39,873 nucleotides of DNA from Octopus bimaculoides (lineage: Eukaryota). The stretch is taken from assembly GCF_001194135.2 (NCBI RefSeq), contig NC_068993.1, forward strand, positions 8,640,405 through 8,680,277, read 5' to 3'. The notes beneath the pieces were generated by a model. That model saw nothing but the letters and a program-made list of their open reading frames with translations. It made no database searches and was not told where the DNA came from. The translations under genes and the position numbers were made by a program. Below are positions 34,114-39,873 of the stretch, in pieces (the first letter of the stretch is position 1; each line of letters starts with the position of its first letter).

Positions 34114-34752
34114 TAACCCTTTAGCATTCAAATTACTCTGTCAAAAGTAATGCTTATTTATTTACATTGATTGCAAATTTTTTTTTTTATTTCTGCGCCC
34201 TTTTAAAGGCTAGCCAGGCTCATGGGCTTTTTCCCGGTTTCTATGGTGTATGTGTTCCCCCCCAGCTGGATGGGACGCTGGTCCATCGCAGTTTTACTCA
34301 AGAAACAGGAAGAAAGAGTGAGAGAAAGTTGGGGGCGAAAGAGTACAGCAGGGTTCGCCACCATCCCCTGTCGGAGCCTTGTGCAGCTTTAGGTGTTTTC
34401 GCTCAATAAACACACAACGCCCGGTCTGGGAATCAAAACCATAATCCTCCGACCGCGAGTCTGCTGCCCTAACCACTGGGCCATTTTGCGCCTCCATGAT
34501 TACAAATTAATCAGGCATTATCTTGAAGTGTCAGACTCTGATGGTGTGATTGTTTATTTTTAGAATGACATTGTAGGGTTGTTGTGAGATGTTGGATCTG
34601 GCTAGTTTTAACATAAATCAGATAAAACATTTTGGCCAGTTGTGGTTGGTGTAAACCCTTTAGCATTCAAATTATCAAATGTAACATTTATTTATTTATT
34701 GCTATTGTTTGCAATTAATCATGCATTATCTTGTGGCTTTGAGATATTGATC
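34114..34752 (+). mobile_element. MITE (terminus TAACCCTTTAGCATT), interrupted by SINE-C, followed by a second partial copy from 34653
   Basis: Terminus at 34114 and again at 34653; internal sequence matches 12795-13004. A piggyBac-like affinity is inferred only from the TTAA/CCCT-type end. Confidence 0.7.
34178..34493 (-). mobile_element. SINE family C, full length, with a target-site duplication
   Basis: Flanked by TGATTGCAAATT (34168-34179) and TGATTACAAATT (34497-34508); homologous to 3258-3575. Confidence 0.9.
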
Positions 34753-34882
34753 TACCTGTGCCATAGGTGAAATAAGGTGGTTCTTAGTACCATTTGGCAA
34801 CAATCTCTAGCATGCTGGAGAGGTTATATATATATATATATTTATACACACACACACACGCGCGCACGCACACATATATATA

Positions 34883-35283
34883 CTTAGAAAAGTTTTGGCC
34901 AGAATTGGCCTAGGTCATAACTAACTTAATAGACCACCCTCACCCACCCCAGGAAGACATTTAATGATGTTTCATATTGCGGTCATTCTTTGAGTACCAC
35001 CGCCCATTCGAGTAAAGAGTTGTTGTTTGCAGAGATTATGTCCGAGTGTGAGTGGTTTATCTGCAATTTGTTGGAGGTATTTGTCAAGGAACAGTTTGTA
35101 AAAAAATTCATGAAGATTTTTTTCTTCCCTTATGTGTCTTGGCATGATGTTAAAGAGAGCAGGGCCCATTGAGATGAAATAGTTTTGTCTTAGTTTTGTG
35201 ATGTGATGCGAGCATGATTTTTGTAGAGGACAGATGGCACGGGGACCAAGCCTTGGGTGAATTTTAAAGTCAATGCCAACATC
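34883..35283 (-). mobile_element. CR1/L2-like LINE 3' end (ORF2 C-terminus and 3' UTR), decayed
   Basis: Minus frame VGIDFKIHPRLGPRAICPLQKSCSHHITKLRQNYFISMGPALFNIMPRHIREEK...LDKYLQQIADKP, frameshift, then SANNNSLLEW. The GPxLFNxxP...LDxxL...DxP pattern is typical of CR1/L2-group ORF2 ends. Confidence 0.72.
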
Positions 35284-35611
35284 ATATATATTGTTTACAT
35301 GAAGTTCTATCTGAGTCAGATAAATGCTTTTAATTTGGTTTTTATTTTTTTTAACGAAAACGATGCAAGCTATAAGAAATAATACAAGCCAGTGATTTGT
35401 ACTTTATACCTTGACCTTCAATATTTTGGGATGTACACATACGCTTGAGAACAGAAAATTCAGCTCACAGCAACATATCTCCAAAGATTTCCTGAAGAAG
35501 GTTCCTAGCCCTAAAATATTGAAATACAAGGTATGAATACAATCCATTGGCTTGGATTATTTCTTATATACACCGCATTGTTCAAATTAAAAACACACAC
35601 ATACACATACG

Positions 35612-35657
<46 letters not shown>

Positions 35658-35784
35658 AGAAAAGAAAGAGACGGTTATTTGGTTTTCTAAAAGTTCTCTT
35701 GCTTGTTATTCTTTTCAACTGAACATGTTAGTAAAATGTCAGGATAATGTAATAATACACTCACACACAGACATACTACAAACA

Positions 35785-35824
<40 letters not shown>

Positions 35825-36629
35825 CTAGCTTTATTACTGTCTTGCCAAGATTCTTCATTTAATCATCTATCATATACTACCTCCCCACCAACACACACAC
35901 ACTTTCCCCAACCACCGCAACAACTGCCACCACCACCACCACCACCACCACCACCACAACCGCATTTGCTGTTACCTACTGCACTGCATACTTGTCTTCA
36001 CCCTCACTGCATGCTCCCACTGCTACTACTACTACCACCACCACAGTTACTACTACTATTATCACAGGCACCACCACCACTACCACTATTACTACTACAG
36101 CCATTGTATTATCTCTACTACATACTATGTAATCATGCACCACTCTGTACTTCCGCCAAAACCACACAACACGCTGTACTACCACCACCACCAACAACAA
36201 TGACTTCAGTAAACCAAGAATGCTTTTATTTGGTTGCTAGACTTGCTAGAAATCACAGCCAAATCTCCCTCAAACTATAACCTACCATCTTAAAATGTAA
36301 GAACATACAATGGATAATGTAGTCCTCAATATCCTTTTCACAAAAAAAACTGAAAGACTGGGTGGTCATACTTGGAACGCCTTTGATCATATCTGTTTTT
36401 TCTCAGGGTGTACATGAGCCAGCAAAGGAACTTGCATGTGGTTGTACACCCTACTAGAAACAGCAGCCAAAGTTTCCTAAATTTACACCCTACCTTCCAT
36501 CTTTGAAATGGTCCAGTCTTGGACTACATTGAAATATGGTAGTCCTAGAAACATGATGCCTAAGAACAAATGGAGTGGTCATGGATGGGACATTTTCGAT
36601 CATAAATCAGACCAATAAGAGCCTTATAT

Positions 36630-37032
36630 CTTATTATACTTGTTTCAGTCATTGGATTGCTGCCATGCTGGAGCACTGACATGGCAATTTTACTCAAGGA
36701 AATCAATGCCAAAACTTAGTCTATTAGACTCTTTTGCTGAACTGTAAAGTTATGGGGATATAACCAAACCAACACTGGTTGTCAAGTGGTAGTGGAGGAC
36801 AAACACACACACACACACACACACGTTTGATGAGTACCCATACCAGCTTGGAAAATGAATGTTAAATGTTGATGATGATGATGATAATGATATGACAGGC
36901 TTCTATATAGTTTCCACCTACTAAAATTCACTCACAAGGCATTGCTGAGTCCTAGGTGCCTTGCAGTGGAACTGAACCTGAAACCTTATGGCTGAAAAGC
37001 TAGCTTCTTAACCACACAGCCACGCCTGCACC
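36630..37032 (-). mobile_element. SINE family A, diverged, with a short family B stub (about 36835-36892) in its spacer
   Basis: Tail acttgtttcagtcattgg, head ...accacacagccacgcctgcacc; internal cccataccagcttggaaaatgaatgttaaatgtt(gat)n. Confidence 0.78.
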
Positions 37033-37079
37033 AAATTACATAAGGACTACAGAGCATGCCATCTCACTAATTACTAAAT

Positions 37080-37445
37080 TAACACTACCATTAACACCAC
37101 CATTATTGTCATCACTGCCACTACCACCGCCACCACCACTAGTACTGCCACCACCACCATTACTATTGCCACCACTACTACTTCCACTACTGCCACCACC
37201 ACTACTATTACTGCTGCCATTACCACCACTACTACTGCTGCCGTTACCACTGCCACCTCCACTACTAATGCCACTACTGCTGCTGCTACCACCACCGCCA
37301 CTACCACTACTACTACTGCTGCCACCACTACCACAATTACTGCTGCCACTACCACCACCACTACTACTGCCACCGTTACCACTGCTGCCACCACCACTAC
37401 TACTACCTCTACTACCACCTCCACCACCACTTTCACCAACATCAT
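37080..37445. repeat. (CCA/CTA/CTG)n trinucleotide mosaic
   Basis: Direct inspection; source of the poly-G/S and poly-P/L ORFs. Confidence 0.9.
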
Positions 37446-37770
37446 CATCATTTCTTATATTTCTCTCACAAACCTCTTCTCTCATTTACAATAACTTTTC
37501 CCTTGCTCAAACATTGTTTATTCAATTTTCTTATCAAGAATTAATTTATTCTGCTCAAGTGCAATGCATTTCATATGCACTTAAATACTGCAGGTATACA
37601 TGCATTCATGTATACATGCATTCATGCATGCGTTCCAATACATTCATGCATGTACATGCACGTGCCTATATATCCAAATGTATAGCTGTATGTGTTTGTA
37701 TATATATTCGAGTGTGTGTATATGGAATGAAAACTTAAAGTTATCTTAACGTGTTTGTTTTGCTCTAAAG

Positions 37771-37847
37771 ATAACAATGAGTTCCTTCTTGCATTGATGG
37801 AGGTAATGAAGAATATTGAAAGATGTGATGTTCATTCTTTTCTTTGA
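37771..37847 (+). CDS. Candidate terminal coding exon with a death-fold-like last helix
   Basis: Branch-like CTTAAC (37745), acceptor tttgttttgctctaaAG; phase-1 reading (D)NNEFLLALMEVMKNIERCDVHSFL*. No upstream exon identified. Confidence 0.35.
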
Positions 37848-37919
37848 ATCATTGATACAAAATCTTGAATTTAGGGGATGGTTACAGGACCATTTTAACA
37901 ACATTATAAGCCTTCAAGC

Positions 37920-38135
37920 AAATCAGTGCACTGGGTCCTGTAGTATTTAATAATTGATAGCAAACCATAACATACATAGATCAGAGTTGGGCCCCTAGAC
38001 CTGTGAAGACCCCGGACAAATTAATGCTCTGGACCCTATGTTATTCTATAAACAGATCAGAATTGGGCCCCTAGACTTGTGAAGACCCTGAACAAACCAA
38101 TGCACACTGGGCCCTATAGTATTTACTTATTGACA
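37920..38135. repeat. About 76-bp imperfect tandem repeat with GGGCCC cores
   Basis: tcaga(g/a)ttgggcccctagac(c/t)tgtgaagaccc at 37981 and 38057. Confidence 0.75.
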
Positions 38136-38139
38136 GTAA

Positions 38140-38315
38140 GGGAGGTGAAAGAGGGGATGCCATAAAAATATCTTGAGGGGAAATACTGAAAAAGAGTTGA
38201 AAAAGCAGGGATCCATCTGGAACCAAGTAGAAATGACAACCCATAGTGGAGAAGAAGGGAGATAAGTTGTTGGTGGCCTATGCTCCATAGGAAACAAAGG
38301 GCTTAGGGGATTAAG
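38140..38315 (+). mobile_element. RTE-clade LINE ORF2 C-terminal fragment, decayed
   Basis: GR*KRGCHKNILRGNTEKELKKQGSIWNQVEMTTHSGEEGR*VVGGLCSIGNKGL aligns by eye to the RTE end pattern GxRxRGRPKxTW...W...AQDR..WR.LVGGLC; two in-frame stops. Confidence 0.7.
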
Positions 38316-38671
38316 TGCCCCACTAGTAGTATTACTGGATTATATGGTTACCAGTAGCATGTTTCCATTGGTCTTTGATAGAATTAGTTTTGACCTAACA
38401 CCCTTGTACTTGACTGGTACGATTTTGTTTTACTGACCCCGAGAAGGTTAAGAAGCAAATTTGAACTGGGAGCATAATGAGGAGTCGTAAATCGAATGAA
38501 TACCACAAGGCATTTTAAAAATTTGATGCTCTGCTGATTTATGGTGATTTATCTGCCATGTTGCTTATTTCTTTTGCAAAGCAAATTATTTATTGAAATC
38601 CTGAGCAGATGAAATGACGGGAAGTCTTTGTAATATCTCCTTCATCCAAACTCCCTTGCGGCAAATAAAAG

Positions 38672-38705
<34 letters not shown>

Positions 38706-38890
38706 CATCACCACAATCATCATTATTGTCACTCATATCGATGATAATACTTTCATTTGATTAGTCTATAGCAGGGACAGTATAGTGAATTGAATTTATA
38801 ATTCATATTTGTATGTATGAAAACATGTATGTATGTATGTGTGTGNNNNNNNNNNNNNNNNNNNNNNNNNNNNNNNNNNNNNNNNNNNNN

Positions 38891-38935
<45 letters not shown>

Positions 38936-39364
38936 ATGTATGTTTTTGGCCATATGTATTGTATGCATATTTAACTGTGTTATGTGTGTGTATATATATA
39001 TACATATATATATATGTGTGTGTGTGTGTGTGTATGTATGTTGGTCTGTGTATTTGGCCATATGTATTGTATGCATATTTAACTGTGTTATGTGTGTATA
39101 TTATATATATCTATATATACCTTTATTTATATGCATTTCTCTACAGTTCTGTACGTATGCTGCATTTATATGTCTAACCACGAGACACAATTTAACAGCC
39201 ATATTACAATACATACGACATGACAGTCTGTTCATATATTTTTAATTATCGTATTAGAACTCTGGTACAAGGAAAAAAAAAAAAGCTGGCAGTTACTTAG
39301 AAGTTTTGCTGCTGGTTGACCTCTTCAGATTAAAGATAAACCACTTTATGTATAACTCTCCATG

Positions 39365-39518
39365 TGAAGTCGCATGGCTCAGTGGTTAGAGCGTCGGGCT
39401 CGTAATCACGTGATAGTGAGTTCAATTCCCAGACCGGGCTGTGTGTTGTATTCTTGAACAACACACTTTATTTTGCGATACTCCAGTTCGCTCATCTGTA
39501 GGAATGGGTTGCGGCGTC
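39365..39518 (+). mobile_element. SINE family D, 5' half
   Basis: gcaTGGCTCAGTGGttagagcgtcgggctc...GAGTTCAATTCCcagaccgggc. Confidence 0.85.
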
Positions 39519-39534
39519 AAATGAAAACATAATA

Positions 39535-39873
39535 CGTACATACATACATACATACATATATATATGTATGTGTATATATGTATATGTATGTATATGTATA
39601 TATGTATATGTATGTATATGTATATATATATATGTATATGTATGTATATGTATATATGTATATGTATGTATATGTATATATATATATGTATGTATATGTA
39701 TATATATATGTATGTATATATATATATGTATGTATATGTATATATATATATGTATATGTATATATATATATGTATGTATATGTATATATATATATGTATG
39801 TATATGTATATATATATATATGTATGTATATGTATATATATATATATGTATGTATATGTATATATATATATGT
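39535..39873. repeat. (TATG)n/(TA)n compound satellite running off the window end
   Basis: Direct inspection. Confidence 0.95.

Larger units (their letters stand above)
5647..38890. other. Assembly gaps (N runs), mostly flanked by microsatellites
   Basis: Approximately 5647-6366, 7078-7087, 7319-7354, 9029-9509, 10062-10631, 17725-17798, 19854-20027, 21600-21692, 27214-27406, 28346-28443, 30479-30540 and 38846-38890 (plus 1761-1770). Confidence 0.95.

Noticed and set aside
35396-35530. Open frame ending at a strong donor AAG|GTATGA as an upstream death-domain exon
   Set aside because: Its phase (0) does not fit the 37771 acceptor, it has no good acceptor of its own, and it lacks death-domain residues.
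37036-37485. Gly/Ser-rich 149-aa minus ORF as a structural protein
   Set aside because: Fully explained by the trinucleotide mosaic; all frames are open and there is no signal peptide or splice support.
602-39245. Most ORFs in the supplied track (YIYIY, SLSLS, ERERE, HTHTH, poly-X, poly-I/M/V/G/S)
   Set aside because: They are translations of di- and trinucleotide microsatellites and N gaps, with no domain content.

Overview
This window is repeat-saturated eukaryotic non-coding DNA from a gapped draft assembly. It is most likely intronic or intergenic coleoid cephalopod (Octopus) DNA; that is inferred from recalled SINE families and the extreme microsatellite load, not from a database search. 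It contains no complete protein-coding gene, rRNA, true tRNA or CRISPR array, and almost all supplied ORFs are translations of microsatellites, N-gaps or SINEs. Supportable content: several tRNA-derived SINE families (locally labelled A, C, D, G and others), a (GAT)n-tailed retroposon family (B), decayed Tc1, CR1/L2-like and RTE transposable-element ends, a MITE, several minisatellites and assembly gaps. The leads most worth following are a pri-miRNA-like hairpin (24563-24648), a pair of RFX X-boxes in unique sequence (1624-1696), a candidate death-fold terminal exon (37771-37847), a decayed 21-bp acidic coding repeat, a 79-bp satellite with dimeric higher-order structure, and retroposon B repeatedly inserting into (TA)n tracts, including the spacer inside SINE-A. 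None of these is a proven new system. Element boundaries were read by eye and are approximate to about 10 bp.
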